Positions 12,890 through 25,080 of a stretch of DNA of 64,000 nt are shown here, piece after piece. The notes under the pieces are model-generated. The model was not told the DNA's origin. It did not search any database and saw nothing but the letters and a program-made list of their open reading frames with translations. The translations under genes were made by a program, and so were the position numbers. This stretch comes from Mytilus californianus (Eukaryota): NCBI RefSeq assembly GCF_021869535.1, contig NW_026262668.1, positions 50,158,001 through 50,222,000 of the forward strand, in the 5' to 3' direction. The number at the start of each line of letters is the position of its first letter. The first letter of the stretch is position 1.

Positions 12890-14240
12890 CGTATTCCGAT
12901 ATTGACTTCAAACATAAATAATAAATGTGTTTATTACTACTAGTATTTTGACTAAGTAAAACTCACATTATCTTTTATTCATATACCATAGGCAAACATA
13001 GATATCTCAATTTGGCTTTTGACAATGAGCAAGATACCAAAACCATATGACATGCTATAAATTTTGAGACAGTCGATAACGGAGCCGACATGAAATCAAC
13101 AAAAAAATCCTTTAATTGAAAAGAGAAATATATCGAGACAGCAACTAACAACGATATAATTCACAACCTAAAATTTAAAAAACCTCATCTCAAAGGCTTA
13201 TAGTTTTGAACGCCAGACTCTTATTTCATCTACTCAAGACTCATTAGTGACGATCGAATCAAAACACATGTTTATTTAAGAAAAAAACTGATCTATTATA
13301 ATTTTAGTAAGAATCAGAAAATAGATATAGTAAATGCTTGGTTTTCCTTGCAGTCAAATAAGGATATTGTTTGAATAAAAGATGTTATCAAGCAAATATC
13401 TGTACCAGTGTAAACCTTATGTAAAAGAAACACACATCTATATCAACAATAAATCGATGACACATTAATCTATAAAAAAAAACTGAAAAAGATAATTTGC
13501 GTATGAGTACGAAATATTTGGAAAAAAATATAATTTCTTTTATTGAAATGACCGGAATTTCCCAATTTCTATAAAACTCCCTTAAATTCGATTAACGATT
13601 GACACTGATATAATGTCTTATCTAGTATCTTTGATAAGTTGTTGTTGCTTGCATGTACTTCCGATAGTATAATGCATATGTCGAAAATAAAATGATATCA
13701 CTGTACATGTTTCAAATTGACTGACTATCTGTAAGATTTGCAAAATGGAAGGATGGATCACAAAGGAAACCTAAGAACACTCAAAATTAAAAGCTGACAA
13801 AATAACTCAAACATGAACTTGGGAAAGAGAGGCGAAAGATACCAAAGAGACATTCAAACTCATAAGTTGAAAATAAACTGACAACGCCATGGATAAAGAA
13901 GAGAAGACCAACAGACGAACAATAGTACATAAAACACAACATAGAAAACTAAAGACTGAGCAACACGAACCCCACCAAAAACTGGGGGTAATCTCAGGTG
14001 CTCCGGCATTACGACATTTGGAACATATCCGCTATCATCTGTGAAACGGATATTCCATATAGGTCAACCAACTCGTGATGGCGTACGTAAAATTTACGAA
14101 AGGACGATGATTTCAATTTCTGCATTTGTGAATCTTTTTATTTACTTTATAATTTCCCCATCATTTGTATTTATGCTATTATGTTCCTTTTGGTTGTATT
14201 ACTCTTGACGTGACTCGGTATTTGTGAATCCAGCTATTGC

Positions 14241-14242
<2 letters not shown>

Positions 14243-14273
<31 letters not shown>
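14243..14273. repeat. Poly(T)31 tract
   Basis: Direct count of the run. Confidence 0.9.
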
Positions 14274-14278
<5 letters not shown>

Positions 14279-15772
14279 GGTCGTTCCTAGTGCAGGTGCC
14301 ATATAGGAAACAGGATAATGTTTTTTTTATACTTTCTGAGAAGGTAAATAAATTGTGTGTTCCGATTAATGAGATGAAAATTGCCAACTACATCAGGAAC
14401 AACTCTTTCCCAATTTAAATGGCAAATTTATCAAACCTTCATCATAATCAAATGCTTGTACCATTATCCAATGTTTTTGTCGCTAGGAGTACCTGTGATT
14501 TTTCATTGATTGTTTTGATTATCTATGAAATCACATAATAAAACTTGTATAGCATAAGCTTTTCTACTGACATTATGTATGACGATACTCTTTGTTGGCA
14601 AATATTTTAATGTACGTTGCCACAGCTAAAAGATTTCGTTATTGTCCTATACTTTATTATTGTCAATATCATCTTACAACTTTTACCAAATTGAATTCAT
14701 TTAGTTTCTGGACAGAGCTATGCAATTAGATGTAAGCATGAATAAAACGAGATGGGGGATTCGTCAACAATACTGCAATCATAAGCCAAAAATATCCAAA
14801 GTCATCTAGACTGGCGCGGTTAAAGACCGGCACATTAATGTGAGTATAGAAATATACTACATGTTATTCTCTAATGCTTGTTTTATTTACTTGATAAACT
14901 CATCATAGATACCAGGATTAAATTTTTACGCCAGACGAGCGCTTTGTCTATAAAAAGACTCATACAAATATATTTCTACGACCAAAACAAAAACAAACAA
15001 ATCCAACCGTCACGTTTGTCGCTTGCATTTTCTATCTAATGATATAAACAATCATGGAAGTGAAAATTAGAATTCAATGCGTTAATTTTTATTGATTATT
15101 TTTACTAGGCTCGCCGTATCATCATACGTGTTGTTTTCAATGAGTAGTTGTATCCTTTCCAGGTAGACCAATTAACACCAATAGCATAAGTACTGTGTTT
15201 TCCCATGAGGTACATCCCATTCAAGTTGGAGTGATGACAACTCGTATACCACCATCCTCCGTTATACACCTCAGCACAGTTCCTGTTGTAAGCATCATTA
15301 TCTCTGTCCCTTGTAGTAAATTTATATCCATTATGTTGGCTTAATGAATTCCATGTATAAAATAAATGTAAACATTCATATAACTATGTATATTAGTACT
15401 ATATTGAGAGTTTCTAAAAACAAAGGATAAATGTGTTTTTATAAAATGTAAAATCTTTGTAAAATAAATCTGCACCGTTTTACCGTTGAATATTCTGAAC
15501 CGATAAGTTAAGTAATTACAAAAACACTTAAGCACTGTAGTAATTATTTTAAAATTATTTGAAACACACGTAAAAATTGATTTGTAAGCGAACAATGATG
15601 TCATACGTTAAAGTTCATTTCAAAAAGATAGAGAATTTTGACTGTTAAGATTCGATCAAAATGTGCAAACCTAAAATAATGAGAATCCCTCAAACTTAAC
15701 AATTAAAAAAAATACACTCGAAAGGAGACATACTTATAGTATAAAGGTTTTGCATTTATAAGGTTAAATTAA

Positions 15773-16045
15773 AGGTGTACCCAACAGTTTGACTAAAATA
15801 TAATTGACTCGTTTAATTTTCATCAAGATTTTGTAAGAATATTAACCTTGGCCTGTTGACAAAAATATAAAAATTTCAAGAAAATTGAACGTCACAATTT
15901 ACAGGAAAATTTCATTGAATATATAGCATTTTGACGAACACTAATGTTGATGATTTAGAAGCTTGATTTCTCTTTACTAATAGTACGGGATTAAAACGTT
16001 CAGTGTTTTTTTAAGAATTATCTCCCTGAGGTGCTCTGTACCCCC
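15773..16045. mobile_element. Kolobok-like MITE with TTAA flanks
   Basis: TTAA|AGGTGTAC ... GTACCCCC|TTAA; the TIR is short and imperfect. Confidence 0.45.
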
Positions 16046-18825
16046 TTAATTGTAAATATACCGATGTCTCCCTTTCTTTGCATCGTGAATGTAAGTCAGT
16101 CGACGCGTCCAGTTTCTCTAAGTTTGGAGTTCATGCGATTGTCTAAGGTTTTGTTTTAACTTCGTTTGAATATTTAAAACTAATTTACGCGTTTAAACCT
16201 TTGCCAACTCATTCGTGTTTTTGTTGAGAAGATACACAGACGGCATATTAGCATTTAAATGATAAATTATAATAGACTTTATTTGCATTGATAGTAATGC
16301 TAGGAGTCAAAAGCAACCCATTTATATTGAAACTTAAACTATAATGCAAGATTAAACTTTCACTGGTAAATGACGACATGTATTAAATCATTTCAAAATC
16401 CAACAGTAGATATCTATATTACTAGATCTAACCACGAAGTCAACAATCGACTTTTAGGTTTTTGACATAAGAGGAAAGGAAGATAAACAGTGATAAAACA
16501 TAAGACAAAAATCTTATGAAAGACTAGAAAAAAGCTAATGCGATAAAAAAGTAGAACTTTTATTGCGGTTCTTTTTACTTTTAATTTAAAAAAAATTAGA
16601 ACTGATCGCAAATGTAGAGTTTTGTTTACGGGAACATAAAAGCACAATGATCGTAAAAAAAATCCAGGAAAAACACTCTATTTTATTCTAAACTTTGCTT
16701 TTACGTGCTTATATGAGCGATCGAATTATGAATTCAACAATATGATGAATGTTAACAAAATTATCGTAAAGTTCCGGTTATTTTCAGGATTAAACACAGA
16801 AAAAAATTCATATAAATTACTATAACAAGTCAATTAGCGCAAACGGAATACTTCTTGTTCGCGCAATGTAATACTGGTTAAAATTCAAATTCGCGCAAAT
16901 GCATGTCGCCCAAATAATGCAAGTATATGCAAGTTAAGTTTTTGGTACTCTGTGGTTTATAGATATCACGTGACTTTTATATCGGGAATGCTGCCAAGAT
17001 GGCGACATGTCGAGAACTGATAGTTATTGTTAAAATCGAATTTGATCTCTTAGCAAGGAGAATAAAACGTTAATATTTATGAATATAATATTTGTCATAC
17101 ATAAAAAAAAAAACTAAATCATACATTCAAAGTAAAGAGGATAGCTAAACGGGATCCACTATCATAAATCGAAAACAGACTACCAACACTATCGTGAAAA
17201 GAAAAAAACACACGAAAAGACGAGCAATTGCATAAGAATCACCATACTGTCCGAGATTAATCATACGGCCTAAATTGACATCTACCACAAATTCCTGATA
17301 TAGGACAGTTATATAAACTTTGGCCGATTTAAACTATTTAGTGTATCACTTTCTCATACAGGTAGACTTTGATTTTGGTCAATTTTGAAATTTTCCATGG
17401 CAGTTTAGAATATTTGTCACTATATTTTCAACAATTTCATACGACAGTATAAAGAGTATTATATAATTTTACCGATTATCAGGTTGTCTGCGTATTGATA
17501 TTTTACAATATAAATATGTAGACAACCAGATAATCGGTTTATCGGGTTGTACTTGCGTATTTTGCATGATAGAAACGAGTGTTTTCTTTGTTTCACCAGC
17601 AAACCGGAAGATGACGTGATAAGGTCGGGTCAAACTTATCAACGTCGGTTCATTTATTATGACGTCGGTTATATGTCCGGGTCCAAGTTATCAAGGCCGG
17701 GTCAACGTATTTGACGTCACAAAGCCGTGATATGCAATTTTATTAAGAGCTGGGCAAAGTGATACAGACAGAGGGACGACCGATAATGTTGAATATTTGT
17801 TTTATTATTTAGTTTAATGTATATAATTTCAAATGCATAAAATTCTCTTGTTATATTATTCCATTTCAATTTTTATTTTTATCACCTGCATTTCCAGCGT
17901 AATCAGCTACCTTCAGCTTGTACCCTGATTTTTCGTTCTCAACAACAAATTTCTTGTAGATGGCATATCTGTGGTTATTTTCAAAGTCCTCCATATCTAT
18001 CCGCAGTATGTAATATCCTTGTTCAGTCAGTTTGTTCAAATACTCGTTTCCTGTAGTAAAGTGCATAATACACTTTTTAAATATACTTGCATTATAATTG
18101 TCAATTAATTTGTCGATCAATATACTTCATAGTTAACAATATTTTTGTGAAAGAAAATGTATTTGACCATTTTGAACCAAAATTTACTTGTTCATGAGTT
18201 TGCATTATAAATTGAGGATTCATGTGTTCCATGATACATGTATTCTTATTCAAGATTTCCAGAAAACCAGGGGTTATTTGTAGTAAGTGACCTCTGAATG
18301 GTCGTGTTTCACTTCAAGACTTTAAACATTCCTTGGTTAAAAATATGCATATAGAAAGGTGATACATGTGCAATTTAGGATATATCTGGATTCTATGAAG
18401 TTAAACTTAAAAGTTAAATATTTAGAAAGCTGTGAAATGAAAAAAAAAACGAATGTTTGAATTGATAGGGACATTGAATTGGTGGTCTGACACCTTTTAT
18501 TACTTATTACTGGATACCTTAACTTCCCAATAACCCTTTTAAAGAACGATATATAGCACGGTCGTCAAGATGTACGGCTTACCACCAATATTTCTACAGT
18601 AAAATATGGCCTTTAGAAATATTGTGATGAGGTACATTTAACCGGCGATGTCAATCAGGTGTGGATTCTTTAATATCTTAAATATCTACACCAAAATCTT
18701 CAATAACAATCTTTACAATTTTGTAATAATATCAAAACCATTGCTTTTTCTACGTTTTACACTACTATTCTTCTTACTCATTGAAAGATTGACTACATCG
18801 TCTCATTAAACTGAGATTTTTCTAC

Positions 18826-19700
18826 ACAAATGGGAAACAAATACAAAGATACAACTTCTTGTTCAAGGTCGTAAAAAATCTCAATTTGTTAAAAGCTACT
18901 CTGATTTCCACAACAAATACACCAAAGATGATATCACTAAAATGATTGACTTTTAAATTGACAACATAGGTGTATACATATTTCTTACTTTCTTATTTTC
19001 TATTACTCGTATGGATTAAGAATTCATACAGAACCTTCTATTAAAAAGACAAAACAAAAGTATCCTACAAAGTTCTTTAATTTCTCTTTCAGAAATATTG
19101 ACGATGTTCTGTCAATCAATAACCCACATGTCAATGAGTGCTCACATCTCATATATCTTAGTGAATTTGAGAATAAGGAATCAATCGAAAGTAGAAGGTC
19201 TGCTTCTTATCTAGATCTCTTTCTCGATATTGACACAGACGAACGACTTCAAACTTGAGTCTTTGACAAACGTGCTAATTGTTGAATTCCAATTTCCCAG
19301 CGGTAACATACCTTCTGTCCTATTGTATGGTGCTTACATATCTCAGTTAATACATTATGTTCGTCCATGTTCACACGATATGGACTTCGTTAACAGGGGT
19401 GTGCTCCTTACACTTCAGAGTTACAAATGCATGAGGAAGAACAACTTATATCGACATTACATAATTTACGGTCACAATCACGTATTGGTTGACCGATACG
19501 ATGAGTCGGTAACCCAACTCACTAGTGACATGTTTTCGAGATTTTAGATATTTCGATACCAGTATAGGTCGTATGATCTGTAACTTTATCGATTGTGTCC
19601 TATTCCCGATTGTGATGTTTTGACTTAGTGTTAATTCGAATTGCTTGTGGTTCATGCATAGCAGGAGACGCTTACCTTGTCCACACATCCGGTCTAGCTC
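18826..19700 (+). mobile_element. Degenerate Penelope-like retroelement RT fragment
   Basis: Frameshifted translation gives FRNIDDVLSINNP (YIDD box decayed), SASYLDLFLDIDTDERL and GAYISQLIHY, all typical of the Penelope-like RT C-terminus. Confidence 0.8.
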
Positions 19701-20709
19701 TTTTTGCAGTTGATGCCATTCCCTCAGTTTTTATTTGTTACCTTGATTTATTACTTCCTAATTGATAATCGAGATTGGAATATCAAAAATCTACTGTCGC
19801 CTTAATTTAGCATTGTTTAAAATGTATAGATAATTCTATTCTCAATTTATAATCATATATATTTCTAATGCCATCTACAACATATAACCATACCCAACCA
19901 GAAATCACTCTTTAGATTTCCAAACCCATTCTTGTAAGATTCCCAGGCTCTGTAAAAGCCGACATAACCATTTGTTCTTCGTTGAAATACCTGTGGAAGT
20001 ATAAACTTATTATTTCTCATTCTGATGCAATATGACATGCATGGCTTATGATCAGATTTCTAGTCTGGATTTGGCTTTATTTTAAGGTGTTTTTTTGTTT
20101 GTTTGTTTGATCGATCAGAACTTCAACGTTTGTATTAGATTGGGATTTTTAAATAATTCGGCCTCGACCATTAGTGAAGAGACATTAATTGTCGAAATGC
20201 GCATCTGGTGCAGTAAAATTGGTACCGTTAATATTATGTTACGATACTTTTGATTTGTTTACATATGCCTTCAATTTCACTGGGTCGTTACAAATAGACA
20301 ATCAAATTCATTTCAGAGATGACTATTGTATTTTGTTTTACCTTTAATATAATATATAAATAAAAAAAATAAAAAAATAGGGGTTTACCTATATATATTA
20401 GGAAGAATTCATTTTTTGCCCCGTGGAAAAACTTATTATATTTGTTAATGAATACTTTCATTTGTTTTAAAAACCACTATGAATCATTTAATGTCCTCCT
20501 GCATCAATATTTCATATTAGCGGCCTTTACACAATTATAAGCTTACTAAGGCAAACCGCAAAAAAACTCTTTGCCTAAAATATGGACGTAAAGTATTTTT
20601 TTATTCAAAATTAGGTAAATGTAGGGCGCGATTTCCAACTGGAAAGCCGCCGTCTAAAACAAAACCCACTTTCAGAGAAAGTATGTGCCTTCACATCAAC
20701 ACTCAATAT

Positions 20710-21640
20710 AAAAATAAGAAGGTGTGATATCATTGCCAATGAGACCACTTTCCACCTGAGACCAAATGACGTAGAAGTTTGCAACTATAGGTCACCGTAC
20801 GGACCTCAACAATGAGTAAATGTCATACCGCATAGCAAGTTATAAGAGACCCCGAAATGACAAATGTTAAACAATTCAAACGAAAAAAACTAACGGCCGG
20901 ATTTGTGTTTACAACAATAAACGAAAAAAAATATATGACATAAAGCAACAAACAACAATCACTGAATTACAGGCTCCTGTCTTTTGCCAGGTAAATACAG
21001 AATGTTTAAACATGTTTTGCAAGCACCCAACCCTCTCCCTAACCCGAGACAGTGTTGAAACATAAGAACAAACTATAAAAATCAGTTGAAAAAACTCATC
21101 AGATCGACATAAAGGACAAAAACAACAAACAAAAACACAAAAGACACAAATTACAGATCTGAGAGTACTCTTAGTTACTGAAAGAATTTAGTGACGGTTT
21201 TACGTAATTTGTGGTAAATCCAGGGCCCTCGGTCATAAAACTTTATTTGGTACTCGAAACACCAAATCCAGTATTTTGATTGGTTGATTTCTGAGTCTGA
21301 GTACGATAATCGTGCTTGAAAATTTTATGACCGCAAGTCCTGGACTTATTAATTTACCAGTTATACATAGATAACATTCATTGTAATCAAAAACGTCCCT
21401 ACATACACGGGCAAAGCGATCGAGTTGGGATATACAAAATCCGTAAGATGGAACCAAAGGAACATTACCGTCCAAAAAAAAAGGAAAATGAACAATAGTT
21501 AACGCAAAATCGTGCCTTTTATCGTTAATTTTAGTGTAGAGTTTCCCGTGCTAAACTGAAATATCTATATCCAACCGGAAAGGACAGTTATTGCTGTTTA
21601 TATTTGATTTATTAAAAGTAAGTCCCTTTTGGTAAATTCC
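20710..21640 (-). mobile_element. Penelope-like element relic (RT C-terminus plus abundant terminal repeat)
   Basis: ORF-track peptide DGNVPLVPSYGFCISQLDRFARVC at 21233-21475, adjoining the GGTATGATTGCCAATGAGACAAC-family repeat at 20710-21180. Confidence 0.7.
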
Positions 21641-23658
21641 GGCGTATATTTAGAGAATTCTTTGTTATTTAACCCAAAAACATCCTCTATTGTTTTAATA
21701 TTATTTCTTAACCAACAAAAAATTCAATACAAATACGAACCGTCCAACCACCTTCATCAGTCTCCATGTCACAAAAGACGTGAAAACCAGAAGTTCCATC
21801 CGGGTAAATTTTATATACTCCACTTTTGTATTCTGATTTCTTCAAATCACCACAGTCAGAAGGTCGGTCACCTAAATCTATATAATACAATGGAGATAAA
21901 GAATAATGATTCTATTGCTCTCAAATCTGTCCTAAATATCGTTTGAAAATTTATCATCTGCTCAGTAGTCAGTGCTTCGGAACTGACATGATTTACGTCA
22001 TTGTATACTTATTTTTGTCCTAGGTTAAAGTTATCTTTTTGACATTGAAACATCTTTTTTATTTATATTGTGTCATAGATCAAACTTATTCGTTGTGTAT
22101 TGTCTTTTTGATTGAGTTAAGCCATTTCAATTGATATTTTATTGTGTGTCTTTTTATGTTGTAATGTTATACCACTGTTTCAGGTTATGGTGAAGGTTGG
22201 CGCCTGTTAAAACGTTTAAACCCGCTGCATTTTTATGGACCTGTCCTTAGTCAGGAGCCTGCTTTTCAGTGGTTGTCGTTTGTTGGTGTGGTTCATTAGT
22301 GTTTCTCGTTTCTTATATAGATGTGTTTGAGCTTTTGATTATGCCATTTATTAAGTGACTTTCTGTTTTGAATTTTCCTTGGAGTTCGGTATTTTTTGTT
22401 ATTTTACTTTTTACCTTTGGAAGGGGACACAATGCACTGACTCGTAGTTTCTGTGATAAGATTAGCCACTTTGTCAGCTACGTCCCTGACACATTTCTCT
22501 ACAATAAATATTTGAAGACGTCTTATTTATAATTTCAGACCTTCGAACTATCAAAAACAGTTACAAAATGTATACCAGATATAACTCGAATAGTTAAAAA
22601 AAATGTCGATGTTAGATTGCAATAAAATGCTCTCTCTGCAGTTTTTATTCAAATTGTCATGGAAAACGCTTTCTCTACAATAAATATTGAAAATATCACA
22701 TTCAGACTTTCAAATATTATTAATATCCCAAATAAAGTAAAAAAAGATAATTTGGTCGAGAATTGCACACTGCAATCCGAATAGTTCAAACAATATCGAT
22801 GTGAGGTTGCAATAACATATTCTCTCTGCCAAAACTTTGTTCAAGTTGTCAAGGAAAACATTTTAAACGTGGTCTTTTAAAAACGCGTGTTGATTCTTTT
22901 TCAAAATTAATCTTGACGTTAGAGTCAAGAAGATTGAAGATGCAACACAAGTTTGTTAGTACAGCTGCAGGTATTTTCATCATGTTATTGTACGTATACG
23001 AAGCTCACTTAGTATTTGATTAACAATATTCCTTTATTTGTCATGTGTCCATTATTTTCATATTAATTTGTTCACCAAATCAAACATTTATATTAACTTC
23101 GTCGTTGTGAACATGCATGAGATATTTGCCACTGGACGTCAAGCAAACAACAATTAATTAATCATATATGAAATACTTACCTTTGTTTATTTTATGGCCA
23201 TGGCTTTCCTCAGAAACAAGGAGCAAAGCAGTTAACAATATTTTCATATGCATGGTATTACGATATTCACTTCAGAGGAAAACCTGTACTGAATCTGTTT
23301 CCTCGCTATTTTGACTACATATGTCAACATTTCAAATATAATTTTCAGAGTTTATTTGCGTGTTACATGTAATAAGAGTCGTATTGTTTTCCTGATTAAT
23401 ATATCAACTAAATTCTGAAACGCCAAAAATCTCGCTCGGTATTCAAAGTTACCATATGTACTAAATTTAATACACTGTAGATATAGTACCAATGAAAATA
23501 TGCAATTATTTATTACTTTATTTTAAAAAACTAATTTGTTATTTACTTATTTGGTTTCATTTTAAAGGCCTTATTTAATTTTCAACATTCTGTTTTATAT
23601 CCAAAGGAAGCTTAGTATAGAAATACACCCAAGGATAATTGGGGAATAGAAATATAGT

Positions 23659-23774
23659 CACTTTGTTCTTCTTCCGACCGGCAGTAAAACCCTTGCTATA
23701 GTAGGCGTCCGTTTGGCTGTGCAGGATGTACAAGTACGCAGCGACGTTAAGCAACTAACAATCAATCAATCAAT
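23659..23774 (+). mobile_element. 5'-truncated retroposon with (CAAT)n tail and 13-bp TSD
   Basis: ATAGAAATATAGT duplicated at 23646-23658 and 23775-23787; the insert ends ..AAGCAACTAACAATCAATCAATCAAT. Confidence 0.75.
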
Positions 23775-24799
23775 ATAGAAATATAGTTTCACGATACAAA
23801 TGTTTCCTCGTTAAGCGAAAATAAGTTAATACAGACAACAGTAGTATGCCGGTGCTCAAAAGTCATAAATCGATTGAGAGGAAACAAATACGGGTTACAA
23901 ACTAAAACCGAGGGAAACACATCAACTATAAGAGGAAAACAAAGGAACAAAAGGAACACTGAAGTGCAACAAAAACAAACGCCAACATACATAGAAACGA
24001 ACTATTTGATAACAACTGCCATATTCCTGACTTGGTACAGGACATTTTAAGAAAAAATGGTGGGTTGAACCTGATTTAATGGCTAGCCAAACCTCCCGCT
24101 TTATTACAATGTTGAAAAATATCGCTAAAATGACAACACTACATGACAGAAATATAGCACAAACACATAATATAATAGTCGACACAACATATAAACCGCA
24201 GAACAACAACGAACATATTCCATCAACGACAGACACCACAGGAAATCACAAACAGTGACGCGCTTACGTAACTAACATGCAATCTCGAACTTTATACAAT
24301 TATTTTCACAATACTCGTCCAAACAATTTTCATGACAATAATGTTATGGAAAGGCAATTTTATAATTATTTGGACTACAAACGATAAGAAATAACAGATT
24401 ATCCAACCGAAACCATAACAGAAACATCAAAAATAAATACATGAATGTTGGATGTACAAAATACCGAGACACGTCGTATAGCAATGCAAATTCACATTCG
24501 GTATAACAGTCATATTCGGGAATAGATCACGTTCGATACTTAGCACGACAGGCTGAGAAGCAATCTCACAATGCTTCTTATCTATTCGATATACCGTAAC
24601 AGTCTCCATTAAATATATACAAACGAACCTTGTGCATGCTGCATAAATCCGAGACAATTATGACACATTTGGACCAAGAAGCATGCTAAGAACAACGTTA
24701 ACAATCCTCCATAAAGCCTAAATATATGACAAGTTACAATATGTTAATAACGTGTGAAGCAAAATTACCATATTAGATATACATAGAGCATCAGACTAA

Positions 24800-25080
24800 C
24801 CACTTCAGTGGTTTCATGGTAGCGTACTCGCCTTAAATGTGTGGGAGGTCGTAAGTTCGTCTGCCACTGAGTTCAATCAAAAAACTTGAAAATTGATATT
24901 TGTTGCTTCTATGATAAGCGCGAGAATAATGGAGTAAGTGCAAAGATTGGTCGGTTCAAAGTCAGATAAATGTGTTCGGGTAGGGCAATATGTCTTGTGA
25001 ACTGTTATCTTGTTAACCAGCACGCTAAAAAATGGTTCAGTGCAGGGTCTAGTTGAAAGAAGGTTTCATGTCATATTAAC
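24800..25080 (+). mobile_element. tRNA-derived SINE with Meta-like core
   Basis: tRNA-like head (GGTAGCGTACTCGCC..GTTCG) followed by ATTTGTTGCTTC..AAGCGCG..GGAGTAAGTGCAAAGATTGGTCGG..GATAAATGTGTTCGGGTAG, resembling the MetaSINE core of bivalves. Confidence 0.65.

Larger units (their letters stand above)
15105..23253 (-). pseudogene. Gene C: six-exon FReD paralog with open exons but a broken last-exon acceptor (CAT instead of CAG); probable pseudogene
   Basis: E1 23181-23253, E2 22415-22498, E3 21741-21877, E4 19894-19990, E5 17886-18050, E6 15105-15352. Exon lengths equal those of gene E and there are no stops. The minus strand reads TATACAT|GGAATTCA at 15353-15355, where paralogs have CAG. 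Confidence 0.75.

Noticed and set aside
14199-14418. Poly-Lys / poly-Phe ORFs
   Set aside because: Artefacts of the 31-nt T run.
23789-24239. Hydrophobic membrane-protein-like ORFs (also 36487-36732 and 41296-41750)
   Set aside because: Translations of the same interspersed retroposon-like repeat, with frames not conserved between copies.
24800-24880. tRNA gene
   Set aside because: A degenerate tRNA-like head continues into a SINE core; no complete cloverleaf.
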